A stretch of 64,000 nucleotides of DNA from Octopus sinensis (taxonomy: Eukaryota): positions 72,168,001-72,232,000 of the forward strand of contig NC_043001.1 in the NCBI RefSeq assembly GCF_006345805.1. Reading direction: 5' to 3'. Below are positions 1 to 11,477 of the stretch, piece after piece. The translations under genes and the position numbers were made by a program. Below the pieces are notes generated by a model. It ran no database searches and had not been told where the DNA came from. It saw nothing but the letters and a program-made list of their open reading frames with translations. How positions within the stretch are numbered: the stretch's first letter is position 1; every line of letters begins with the position of its first letter.

Positions 1-1064
1 TGTGTGTGTGTGTGTGTGGAGAGAGAGAGAATGGGAGAGTAATGGATGAATGGATGTAGAGTCTTATCTTTATGGTTTAGTCAGACAGTCAAATGGTGAC
101 ATGCCATAGAACCTCCAAGTATGATGTTAGTGATACAATTCAGCTTCAACACCTGTGAGTTGCCAGTAGTGATATCTATATATCAGCCGATGTAGATAAT
201 AAATGGTTGTAAACTTGTGGTGAACCAATTTTGCAAATTTTAATTTGTGACTCTCTCTCTCTCTCTGTATATATATATATATATATGTATATATGATGCG
301 CACTCTTAACCTTTCTGTCCCCTCCCTTTCTCAGCCTTTATTCTTTGATTTCCTTTTCTTCCACTTAACTATCTCTCCCTCTCCCTCATTCTTCACTCTC
401 TCTCTCTCTCCCTCTCTCTCATTCTTCATTCTTTCTGGTTTCCTCACAACCATTCCCCTTTCTTCTCTCCCTTTCTCTTACTCCTCCTCCTCCCTCCCGC
501 CGTTAACCCGCGACGAGAGCCTTGCCACCTTCTTTCTCGCCTGACCTTCTTAAGGTGTGGACGGCAATTTTCTTTGCCCCCATCGCCATCCACAGATATA
601 GCATTCGTAATACTTTTTTTCGTTCGGCTTAACAGCCCTTCTTGTCTTGTTATTTTCCTTGTCCTGTCTTTTACTGTTTATATTTTGTACTGTCGTTACT
701 GTCCTGTTTTTGTTACCATTTTTACCCCTCTGCAAAAAGATCTCAAATTTTATTTGATTTGCTTTTCGCAGGAAGGAAAGTTTCTATCGAAGATATGTCT
801 CGCCTTCACCTTCAAAACGTAGAGTAGATGAAACCATGGCGACTGTAGAAGGGTTTTTTTTCCTTGTGTTATTTGTCCTGTACTCTATTTTTTTGTTGTT
901 TAAGAAAAATGTCCAGTTCCTTGGGTTTGTGTCTATGTTTTCGTTTCTCATTGTGTTTGATGTTTTTTTAGTGTCCTGTACTCATATATGCGTGTATATA
1001 TACATGTAGAGGTAGGTACGTACATATATGTATATATATATGCATATGTTTTATTTATTAATAA

Positions 1065-1101
<37 letters not shown>

Positions 1102-1443
1102 ATATCATTTTATTTATAATATATTTCCATAAATTTCATACTCAACCTATATAAAACCATACTAATATATTTCACTATTTATTCTATAATACAAGAAATA
1201 TGCTCTAAAATTATTAGCATATAGAAAATATATAAATTTTTAACATATTCCTTTAATTTAACTTATTAGTACCAAAAATTACTACTTAATAATTAACTAT
1301 AAATATATGTTAAGTTAGTATAGAAATATATATATATGGAATTATTTCTATATTCTTCACCCCTCTATTGTGTAAAATACTGAAATTATTCTGAAATTTT
1401 TTTGTGTGTGGGAAAAAAATTCTCTAAAATGTACCTATGTATA

Positions 1444-2720
1444 TGAGGGACGTTCAATAAGTAATGCCCCTGACCCATTTGCAGTTGTTTGATCTAGCTG
1501 AAATTTTGCATGTGCAATTATTTATATCTCTATAGATTAAGTGGCAAATTACAGCTCTGAACTAATTGTGGTTCCTGATTTACAGGTGTTTGAACTGAGT
1601 CAGGTGTGAAATGGAGCCTGTTGAGTGTCGAGCAGTGATCTGGTTTTTGTATTTGAAATGACGCACACCACAGGAGACTTTCGATGAAATGAAAGTAACT
1701 TACGGTGATGATGCCCCATCATATGACCTTGTAAAGCGCTGGCATCATGAATTCAAACATGGTCGGAACTCTGTGGAAACAGCTCCCGGATCTGGTCGCC
1801 CCCCCCCCTTTCTGCCATTGATGAGGCATCTGTCTGTCAAGTTGAAGCTGCCATTTTGGAAGATCGACGCATAACTATTCGCCAAATAGCCCATGAGGTC
1901 AAGATTAGTACCGGGTCTGTGGAAACTATCATTCATGACCATTTGCATATGCAAAAGGTGTCTGCCAGATGGATTCCCAGATTGCTCACACCTTTCCAGA
2001 AGCAAGAACGCGTTGAGTGCTCAAGGATGAATTTGGAGATGTGCCAAGATGAGTCAAAATTTTTCAAAAGACTGATTGCACAGGATGAAAGCTGGGTCCA
2101 TCACTATGATCCAGAGACCAAAGCTCAGTCAATGCAGTGGAAGCACCGTGACTCACCTCCTCCAAAGAAGGCAAGGGTGCAGCTCTCCACTGGCAAGGTC
2201 ATGCTCACAGTCTTCTGGGACCAGGACGGAGTAGTGATGACAGATTTCCTGGCAAAGGGTACCACAATTACAGGAGCCTATTATGCTTCACTTTTGAGGA
2301 AATTAAGAGAAGCTATCAAAATCAAGAGGCGGAGCATCCTCCTCCTGCAGGACAACGCTCCGGTCCACAACTCGCTTGTCGCCAGATCAGAAGCACAGGC
2401 ATGTGGCTATGAACTCCTCCCCCATCCCCCCTACTCTCCTGACCTTGCACCCTCTGATTTTCACCTCTTCCCAGCCATGAATTGTTTTTGAAAGGAAAGC
2501 GTTTCCCAGATGATGCAGCCTTGATTTTTGAAGTCACGTCGTGGTTGGAGGACCAAGCTGGGGTCTTCTACAAAAACAGTCTCCAGAGCTGCATCAAATG
2601 ATGGGAGAAATGTGTAACTCTGGGTGGTTCCTATGTAGAAAAGGATTAATAACTGCCAAGTTTCGTTGCTCTACTGCTATGGGAAGTGGGTCAGGGGCAT
2701 TACTTATTGAACGCCCCTCA
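1444..2720 (+). mobile_element. Full-length mariner (DD34D) DNA transposon, 1277 bp
   Basis: 34-bp TIRs (1444-1477 and 2687-2720, one mismatch) flanked by TA on both sides; the internal transposase has WIPR, QDESW, QDNAPVH and YSPDLAPSD motifs. Confidence 0.95.
1611..2649 (+). pseudogene. Mariner transposase, disrupted
   Basis: ATG at 1611 (MEPVECRAVI); in-frame TGA at 1659; frameshift at the C-run near 1800 and further shifts near 2480-2600. ORF 1856-2491 holds the catalytic core with 34 residues between the 2nd and 3rd Asp. Confidence 0.9.
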
Positions 2721-3371
2721 TATCAAATTAACACTGGGTTTATGGTTGTCAAATAGTTAAGTATTATAAGTTTTACTCTCCCTATCCCATCAGCTTTAGC
2801 CTGCAAATTTGGCTGAAATATATTCTTATTGAACCAAGTGGTTTTTACTTCAAAGAAATCTTGATTTATGACTCTGTCACTTAATTGTCTTTTTACCCTA
2901 TCCATAAAAGATAGATTCTTAGTTTCCATTAGACTTGATAAACTAGTCTAACCCCCCCCCCCCCACATTAGTAAATCTGAATAACAGAATAAAATCAATG
3001 ATAAGCAGTGTCTTCCTGTGAAAAAAATATCAGTTACAACTATGATGTTGCTGATGAAATATGTTCTTTGTCTATCCACTTATCCTCTCTGTGATTTTGG
3101 TTAATAGAAAAACTATACAAATGAATCCTTTGAATTTAACTAAATTCCATATTTTTATGCAGCTGAAGATTGCTCTACATTTTAAAATTGATGTAATATT
3201 TGCGTTGTTCAATTAAATGGAGTCGCATAAAACGATCGTATTGCATCACCTCTGGATATCCTTGTTGCTTATTTTGATTGTAATCGCCCCATTTTGAATT
3301 ATATGGATGATACCATACTAAATTCTGGGGCCTTTAACTTAAGTACCATATTCAACTGAATCTAAATGTTA

Positions 3372-3431
<60 letters not shown>

Positions 3432-4187
3432 ATATAAATAAATTTATTTATTTATGTATTCATGATGGTGCTTCCAGCATGGCTGCAGATAAATGACGGA
3501 AACAAATAAAAGAATATATATATAGGGTAATACATCAGAAGTCAAGTTTCTAGATCTAATCCCAGACTAGAAATGTAGAAATGGAATAAATAGTAAGGTT
3601 GAAGGGCTAGTAAGGAAACCTTTATGTGGCCACTTGACTTGTGACCTATGTATAAGGCAGCTAATTAATAGAATTGTTAGAATGTCAGATCAAATACTTT
3701 GTGGCTATTTGTATATTCATTTGTGTGTGTAGTTAAGAAGCTTGCTTCACAAGCCATTTATGTGCCACTGGCAATGGTGCCAGTTATGTGACACCAGCAT
3801 CGACCACGACTACAATTTTACTTGGCTTGATGAGTCTTCTGAAACACAGCATATCACCAAAGAGTAAAATAATAATTCCGGCTTACAGTAAGGGTCCTGG
3901 GTTCAGTTCCAACACATTCCTTGTACTCTGATATTGATTTTGCCTTTTATCTCTTAGGAAGCAATAAATAAATTATCAATCAAGAACACTGTATTGGCAG
4001 AACTGTCACTGGGCCAGGGGAGCTACTTTCTTGAATCTGTTGTGGCTCTGTGTTATAATGACAATATTGGTGCCAAGCTGAGTTGGCCCATGTCATGGAT
4101 GTTTCCCTGGGATAAATACTGACTGTGGAGATGCCAGCGCCACAGACACTAATACCTTTACAATTATTTCTTTGTATATTTTTACAG

Positions 4188-4341
4188 ACATCTACTTCAG
4201 AAAATGCTGAATTCTTGGAAACTTTTACCTGATATTCAAAGAAAGGAACAGGAGCGTCATCAAAGAAAAAATGAACTACGCCACAAAGTGGCAATGCTTC
4301 TGCCAGACTTCTATGCTAGTATTGACAGTCAAGTGGAATAA
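4188..4341 (+). CDS. CCDC191: Terminal coding exon of a CCDC191-like coiled-coil protein; upstream exons not identified
   Basis: Strong polypyrimidine acceptor (ttgtatatttttacag|A). Phase-2 frame reads HLLQKMLNSWKLLPDIQRKEQERHQRKNELRHKVAMLLPDFYASIDSQVE*, which resembles the CCDC191 C-terminus as I recall it (W...EE...LRRKV..ILPDF). The symbol is from recognition, not a search. Confidence 0.65.
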
Positions 4342-6176
4342 CATGGAGAACTTGTGTGTATGTGACGGGCAGATGTAAAAATATCATCATTTTCATTTAA
4401 AAAGGTAAAAAGGTTTTGTCATGTACATTTTCCCAGCCACTGAAAATTTATGAAAGAAGTCCAGAAGTATAGAATAGTGGATCATAGTTATTTGCCTCTG
4501 ATCAGAGCTTCTCAGGGGACATGATGATAATGATGATGATAGTGATGCTGACAAAAACAATGGCAATTATGATGATGGTCATGACTGCAATGGCAATAGT
4601 GATGACAACAATGATAATGATGACGGTAGTGATACTGCAGCTGATGATAACAATGATGAGGATACATGTACACGCATGTGTACATGCATGTGTACACACA
4701 TGCACAAAGCAATTCAGGAAAGCTGAGTTTGCTTCTTTGTTTTTTTTTGTAATTTCATTTGAGATAAATAGACATTGGCTGTAAATTGGAATAAATCTGT
4801 TCCATTTCTTGTTTACCAAGTCTATAGAATCATACAGCACTGTTAAAATATACATACATATCTTTATGCAACCAAAAATAAAAAATCAACCAACAGAAAT
4901 CATTGCGAAAGTATCAACTGAAGAATTTTCATTCAATGGTGGTGCCCCAGCATGACCACAGGTCACAGGCTGAAAGTGGTGAAAGAGTAAAATAATAATT
5001 CCAGCTTATAGTAAGGATGGAAAAAAAATATTTCCTGACATTCAAGAAATATTTACTTTGTATGTTCTTAATTTTAATACTGAAATAAACGAAGCATTAA
5101 TTTATTGAAACTCTTTTTAGTTCTTGATTTTCTTTTTCAAAGCCTTGTGAGTAGATTTGGAAGATGGAAACTTGAAGAAGCCTATTGTGTGTGTATACTC
5201 TTATCTAGACATCATGTGATGGTGTAAATTTGTATCACCATCATACAAGCAAGGTAGTTTGTTTCCAGTCTTCCACGAGAAACATGTTTAGGTCTGGGAG
5301 AATATTGCCTTGTTTGAGAACAGGTGAGGGTTGGCATTAGGAAGGGATCTGGCCATAGGAAATATGCTTCAACAAAAGTGGAGATTTTATGATGATGATT
5401 AACCAAGCTACTACAGAGTTGAACTTTATGGGGACGGGTATGGTCAATTACATTGAAAGGTACTATATTTTATGGACCCTAGAAAGATGAAAAGCAGAGT
5501 CAATCGTGGCAGGACATGGAAACTCAGAATATATCTAAATCTTGCAAGAAATTGTCATCATTTAATATCCATCTTCCAAACGATGATAATGATGTCATCA
5601 TTCTATCAATTCACTATTCTTTTTTATCTGCTTATCCCTGCTTACATGGGTTGGGTGAAATTTGTTGATGCAGATTTTCTATGGCTGGATAACCTTTTTG
5701 TTACCAGCCTCCACTTGTTTCTGAACAAGAGAAATATTTCCCCATGGCCTGACATGTTTCCATTGGAGATTAGAGACAAATATCACTGTCTTGATTTTAT
5801 ATGACAGTTTCAAACAAGTGTGTCCCAGTCATATAAGCGAGAAGACGCAAACAGACACTCACGCACATGTGTGTGTACCAGTATGTATGTATATACAAAA
5901 ACACACATATATAAAAGTTATTGCAAAAAGTACTTGGTACAGTCACAATATTTGAGTTAGGGTTAGATTTTCTTTGAAAGTTAACTGTTAAAAAATATTT
6001 TTTGACAAATAGAATGATACAAACCTTTTGGAATGAAAAGGTTTAAAAATATTCTTATTAGTTAATTACTCAAAAGAAATCTTCCTTTAAGCATGCACAC
6101 ACATACACATATATCAGAGTTATAAGTATTTCTTTATTGTGTGGAGGTCAGCAATCTTGTTTATGATTTATTAACC

Positions 6177-6761
6177 TGTAAAGGGAACTGGTTGCTTCTT
6201 TACACTTTTGGGGTGCAACACAATTTCCTTTCTTTTTGTTTCTAGAAACTACCAGTCAGGAACGAAACGCAAGTTTAAAAATATATATAATTCTTTATTT
6301 TCTTGGTTCAACAATGAAACACGATGGTATGCTGGTATCCACCTAGTTCAATGCAACAAGGCTGAATTCAAACGTTTGTAAGCTTTACAACAATTCAGCA
6401 GCAATAGAACAGGTTAAATCCTAAGCGTCTGGGACAGGAGAATAGGCTGATCACAGGTTTCAAAATATACGTCCTTTCTCTTCTATCGCCGTGTCTCAAG
6501 TCCCCGATGCTATTAAGGAACGCTATGGAATTTATTCTTCAGTCTCTAGCGCATGTGCATGAGGGAACTTCCTTATGCCTTTCCAGAAGGTTCCAACCCC
6601 GCACACGCACACTGAAGAAGGACGTTCCACACACGCACACTGAAGAATGACGTTGCGTGTGCGCACACTGGAACATGACGTCACTACAAAGGTGACGTTC
6701 CGCACACGCACACTGAAGAATGACGTTGCGTGTGCGCACACTGGAATATGACGTCACTACA
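6177..6761 (-). repeat. 3' LTR (585 bp)
   Basis: Direct repeat of 10338-10978; identical by eye except for two fewer 28-bp units. Confidence 0.97.
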
Positions 6762-6765
6762 AAGG

Positions 6766-6774
6766 CTCCCCCTC
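6766..6774 (-). promoter_or_regulatory. Polypurine tract
   Basis: GAGGGGGAG lies 4 nt upstream of the 3' LTR on the minus strand. Confidence 0.8.
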
Positions 6775-6986
6775 GAGTGCGGAAGCACGAAACAAAATTC
6801 CTTGTAGTGGCTACAGAATATAAGGTGGATACCAAATCACCAAAATGGCACACAATATGACAAATTAAAACAAAAAAAAGATCTATAATATAAACAAGCA
6901 TGCAGCAAAGGAAAAGAAAAAATAATACTCAAATGAACAAAGTTCAATTAGTATCGTAACTGTCACTGGGAAGTCAATTGAGAATG

Positions 6987-9170
6987 TTAAATATAAATCG
7001 TCTTTGAAAGTTTCTTCGGCCAGTGAACAGTTCTGCCTGACCTCGTAACATAAGGTTTGTTCGAGGCAGGCTGCGACGACGAAGGTGGTGTTGCCGATGT
7101 TGGTGTTGATAAAGGTGTATGTGTAAATGGTGGTGTTGTCAAAGGTGCATGTGTGAATGGTGGTGTTGTCAAAGGTGCATGTGAAGGTTCAACGATGGTT
7201 GTGGCAGTGGGGTCATCAAAAGATGTGGACACCTCAAAATATGCCCTTTTTAGACGATCTACGGAGACGGTCTCCGAACGACCGTTAATTTCAAGTTTGA
7301 ATACCTTCGGCGTGCGGGAAATCACACGAAAAGGTCCTTTATAAGGAGAAACAAGAGGTCCTTTAACAGAATCATCACGAACAAAAACATGCGTCCAAGA
7401 ATCAAGATCTGATGGCACATTAGAAGGAGGATTTTGGTGTCGAGGGCCCATAGGAGGAAGGGCAGAGAAATATCTGCGTAGACGAGCAACATAAGACTCT
7501 AAATTAAGAGACTGTGACTTGTCTGGCACCAACATCGTACCAGGCAATGCCAGTGTGGTACCATACAAGAGCTCGGCAGAAGAAAAACCAAAGTCTGCTT
7601 TAATCGCAGTCCGACATCCAAGCAGGACGATAGGAAGAAATTCAGTCCACGACTGTGGATTCGGCGAGGCACGCAACGCGGCCTTAAGTTGCCTGTGGAA
7701 ACGCTCCACCATCCCATTAGAAGCGGGATGGTAACTAGTGGTGCGTATATGATGCATTCCTAGGATTCGTGATAACTCACGAAATAAAACCGCTTCGAAT
7801 TGTCGACCACGATCTGTGGTTAAACTGGACGGTACACCATACCTAGAAATCCAATTAGACACGAAAGCTTTCGCAACAGTTTCAGCAGAAATGTCTGCTA
7901 TAGGAATAGCTTCCGGCCAACGTGAGAAACGATCAATACCGGTTAAAATATATGAGAACCCGCGACTCACAGGCCATGGTCCAACCAAATCAAGGTGGAC
8001 ATGGCGTAAACGGGCCTCAGGAGAAGAAAACTGTCCAAGTGGAGCACGAACGTGTCTATGGACTTTAGCACTCTGGCACCTCAAACAAGAGCGTGCCCAA
8101 GAGGTAATCGATCGTCGCATATTGGGCCAGAAGAACCGAGCAGTAATAAGCTTTACTGTGGCAGAGATACCCGGATGTGACAATGAATGAAGAGCATCAA
8201 AAACAGAACGTTGATGTTTCTCATGTACTAACGGTCTAGGAGAACCGGTGGATACGTCACAAAGAATAGAGCCTTCTGCTGAAGGGAGCGGTCGGTAGGC
8301 AAACTTACAATTGATAAACTTGGGCGAAGTTAAATCCAACTCCGCTAAAGGTGGTTGATCCTGCGAAATAGCAGTTAAGTCAATTTCTGCCGGAGAGGAA
8401 ATGGAATTGACAGGGAGTCTAGAAAGAGCATCAGCTGGGACGTTCTCCTTCCCTGACACATGTCGAATGTCACTTGTAAACTGAGAAATATAGTCCAGGT
8501 GACGGAAAGCACGAGGAGAGAGTTTATCCGTTTTAGAAGATAGTGCAAAAGTAAGGGGCTTGTGATCAGTATAAATCACAAACTCTCGTCCCTCGAGCTG
8601 GTGCTGAAAATGCCGAACTGACAGATAGATCGCTAGTAACTCTCGATCAAAAGTACTATATCTGCGTTCAGCATGCTTTAGCTGGCAAGAAAAGAAAGCC
8701 AAAGGTTTAGTTTCACCATCTACGGTGTGCTGCAAGACAGCGCCAACTGCAGAATCTGATGCGTCCACAGATAAAGTAAGTGGAGCATCAGAAGCCGGAT
8801 GTGCTAAAACAGGAACTGAAGCTAGTTCCTTTTTAACTAACTCAAAGGCAGACAGTGCTTCAGCTGAAAGAGTAAGACGGGCGTCCTTTTTAGAATTGCC
8901 CTTTAGTAACTGCGTTAAAGGAAACAACTTGTCCGCACACCGGTTTATGAAGCGTCGATAGAAATTAACTATACCCAAAAAATGGCGAAGTTGACGCAAA
9001 GAAGAAGGTGGTGCGATGCGCTGAATTGCATCGACTTTAGACGAGAGTGGTTTGATTCCACTCGAATCAATATAATGACCGAGAAAATCAAGAGATGGTT
9101 GCCCAAAAACACACTTGTCTGGATTAATGCGAACACCATAGTCGCGAAGACGCTGAAAAAGCTGAGAAAA
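6987..9170 (-). CDS. Pol C-terminal part: RT end, RNase H, integrase (HHCC, DDE, GPY/F); open but frameshifted from the RT core
   Basis: DASDSAVG and YTDHKPL (RNase H); [32 protein letters not shown] and SPYKGPF (integrase); three 30-bp [10 protein letters not shown]-type repeats near the C-terminus. Confidence 0.93.
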   Translation of the reverse strand, partial: FSQLFQRLRDYGVRINPDKCVFGQPSLDFLGHYIDSSGIKPLSSKVDAIQRIAPPSSLRQLRHFLGIVNFYRRFINRCADKLFPLTQLLKGNSKKDARLTLSAEALSAFELVKKELASVPVLAHPASDAPLTLSVDASDSAVGAVLQHTVDGETKPLAFFSCQLKHAERRYSTFDRELLAIYLSVRHFQHQLEGREFVIYTDHKPLTFALSSKTDKLSPRAFRHLDYISQFTSDIRHVSGKENVPADALSRLPVNSISSPAEIDLTAISQDQPPLAELDLTSPKFINCKFAYRPLPSAEGSILCDVSTGSPRPLVHEKHQRSVFDALHSLSHPGISATVKLITARFFWPNMRRSITSWARSCLRCQSAKVHRHVRAPLGQFSSPEARLRHVHLDLVGPWPVSRGFSYILTGIDRFSRWPEAIPIADISAETVAKAFVSNWISRYGVPSSLTTDRGRQFEAVLFRELSRILGMHHIRTTSYHPASNGMVERFHRQLKAALRASPNPQSWTEFLPIVLLGCRTAIKADFGFSSAELLYGTTLALPGTMLVPDKSQSLNLESYVARLRRYFSALPPMGPRHQNPPSNVPSDLDSWTHVFVRDDSVKGPLVSPYKGPFRVISRTPKVFKLEINGRSETVSVDRLKRAYFEVSTSFDDPTATTIVEPSHAPLTTPPFTHAPLTTPPFTHTPLSTPTSATPPSSSQPASNKPYVTRSGRTVHWPKKLSKTIYI

Positions 9171-9846
9171 GTTGCTGGAGATGATTTTCATGCGCATCAC
9201 TTGCGATGAGAATATCATCGACATACGCAAAAACAAAATCAAGTCCACGAACAACTTCATCTATAAAATGTTGGAACGTACTAGTGGCATTCCGCAAACC
9301 AAAACTCATATATAAAAATTCAAAACAACCAAAAGGAGTGGTAATAGCCGTTTTAGGAACATTGTCTGGGTTGACCGGTATTTGATGATAAGCACGTATG
9401 AGGTCAACCTTAGAAAAAATGGTACAGCCATGGAGATTCGCTGAAAAGTCATTGAGATTCCTAATTAGATATCTGTCCGGAATCATCACAGAATTTAGAC
9501 GCCGATAATCTCCCACCGGGCGAAAATCTGTATCCCCTTTTCGAACTAAATGAAGGGGTGATGTCCTATCTCCCAACTCCTCATCCGCCATCAATTCATT
9601 GAAGCGACTTTCCTCGCTTCTAGTATTTCTCTTCTCCACTTCTAATTTAACAGACGCATAAGTGGCGTCTGGAGAAGGATCCGTAATAAGATCTCTGGCA
9701 GTAGTTGCAAGTTGAGGAGGCATACAACTATAAAGAATTTGCAACTGCTGCTCAGAAGAACCACTATGTGCACAAAAATATGCCTCTAGTTGTGCAAACC
9801 AAAGTGCGGCATCACCCGTGAAAATAGGTAATGATGCCAAAGACAT
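9124..9846 (-). pseudogene. Gag N-terminus fused in frame to the RT core (deletion of the rest of gag and the protease)
   Basis: WFAQLEAYF...EELGDR joins directly to SPLHLV..GDYRRLN..DLIRAYHQIP..YVDDIL; no aspartic protease motif is present. Confidence 0.9.
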
Positions 9847-10324
9847 GTTGTTCTTTTTTTAATTTTAACTAGATGATTCTGTCAAAGGAAAGGTAAATGA
9901 CAACGAATCAAAGTTGAACAGACGCAAGAAGGAAAAAAGGAAAAACAAGACCAGCAATTGAACCAATAAATATTTTACATGTACAATTTACCAAAAAAAA
10001 AAAGTCTTTTTTTTGTTTGTTTGTTTTTGTACTGTATGCACAGAGAATAAAAAATTCCTTTTTTAAAAAATTTTACCAACCTTCGTCGCGTCTAAAACAA
10101 ATTTTTTTAATGTTATGTATTTTAAACTGTCTCTTCTTAAGTTTGACTGCCTGTTATGCTTGGTCACGGATCGCACTAACAGATTAAGTCAAACTTTTTT
10201 CGTCGACGATGAAATTGCTGAAACTGCTTGAGACGACTGGAGACAAATTGTTGAAAGATATGACTGCGGCGGGTTGATTGGTTCAGACTAGGTAGATTCT
10301 AGATTTCAGTTAAATGTTCTATGT

Positions 10325-10336
10325 TCGGGGTCACCA
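10325..10336 (-). promoter_or_regulatory. Primer binding site complementary to tRNA-Trp
   Basis: TGGTGACCCCGA, 1 nt from the 5' LTR, complements the eukaryotic tRNA-Trp 3' end (...UCGGGGUCACCA). Confidence 0.85.
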
Positions 10337-10337
10337 C

Positions 10338-10978
10338 TGTAAAGGGAACTGGTTGCTTCTTTACACTTTTGGGGTGCAACACAATTTCCTTTCTTTTTGT
10401 TTCTAGAAACTACCAGTCAGGAACGAAACGCAAGTTTAAAAATATATATAATTCTTTATTTTCTTGGTTCAACAATGAAACACGATGGTATGCTGGTATC
10501 CACCTAGTTCAATGCAACAAGGCTGAATTCAAACGTTTGTAAGCTTTACAACAATTCAGCAGCAATAGAACAGGTTAAATCCTAAGCGTCTGGGACAGGA
10601 GAATAGGCTGATCACAGGTTTCAAAATATACGTCCTTTCTCTTCTATCGCCGTGTCTCAAGTCCCCGATGCTATTAAGGAACGCTATGGAATTTATTCTT
10701 CAGTCTCTAGCGCATGTGCATGAGGGAACTTCCTTATGCCTTTCCAGAAGGTTCCAACCCCGCACACGCACACTGAAGAAGGACGTTCCACACACGCACA
10801 CTGAAGAAGGACGTTCCACACACGCACACTGAAGAAGGACGTTCCACACACGCACACTGAAGAATGACGTTGCGTGTGCGCACACTGGAACATGACGTCA
10901 CTACAAAGGTGACGTTCCGCACACGCACACTGAAGAATGACGTTGCGTGTGCGCACACTGGAATATGACGTCACTACA
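10338..10978 (-). repeat. 5' LTR (641 bp)
   Basis: Begins TGTAGTG and ends TTTACA on the minus strand; AATAAA inside; two perfect TGACGTCA palindromes (10893, 10966). Confidence 0.97.
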
Positions 10979-11477
10979 AACCTTTCATTACTATTTTTCT
11001 AACATTGACTACAAAAATGTTACATCATAGATCTTGTGTAACTGTAAAAGATCAACTGAATGCCCTCTGGAAAATAACTGGCTTATTGAAAATGTAGTTT
11101 ATAAATGTTCAATCACAATATTGGTGTGACTTCAAACAGTTTTACAGTTAGATTACATAATCAGTTGAATAGCTTTAGGACAGAAAGTAAAGCCAACTTT
11201 ATATCATTATCTAAAATGATTTGGGAGCTCAAACACTCAGGTACAGATATATTTGATATCTTGGCTGGTAATTAGGCACACCATACTATATAAGGGTGAT
11301 GGCAGTAACTGGCTGGTGTTGTGCTGAAGCACTTGCAATAAAGTGCACCAGTAAACTTGTAAATAAATTTGATGAGATAATCGTTAGGTGCCCACATTTT
11401 TTGAGGAAGATCTTTCTGTAAAACACTTAACTAAATTGTTTACCTATTTAATAAGTTAGCTTACATAATTACCTATA

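Larger units (their letters stand above)
6177..10978 (-). mobile_element. Ty3/Gypsy LTR retrotransposon (CsRn1/Kabuki/Boudicca-like), internally deleted, 4802 bp
   Basis: TG...CA LTRs at both ends, 4-bp TSD AACC (6173-6176 and 10979-10982), tRNA-Trp PBS, PPT, and RT-RNaseH-integrase order. Confidence 0.97.

Noticed and set aside
3958-4122. 54-codon frame after a good acceptor (EAINKLSIKNTVLAELS...WDKY*) as an alternative last exon
   Set aside because: It is open only in phase 0 whereas the 4188 exon is phase 2; there is no recognisable homology and no donor.
4502-4855. Met/Ile-, His- or Asp/Asn-rich ORFs
   Set aside because: These derive from a degenerate (GAT)n trinucleotide tract plus (CA/TG)n, with no splice or homology support.
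6596-6761. CTGAAGAA in the LTR repeats as a hammerhead core, or the repeats as a CRISPR-like array
   Set aside because: There is no helix II followed by GAAA, and no unique spacers; this is a eukaryotic LTR enhancer VNTR.
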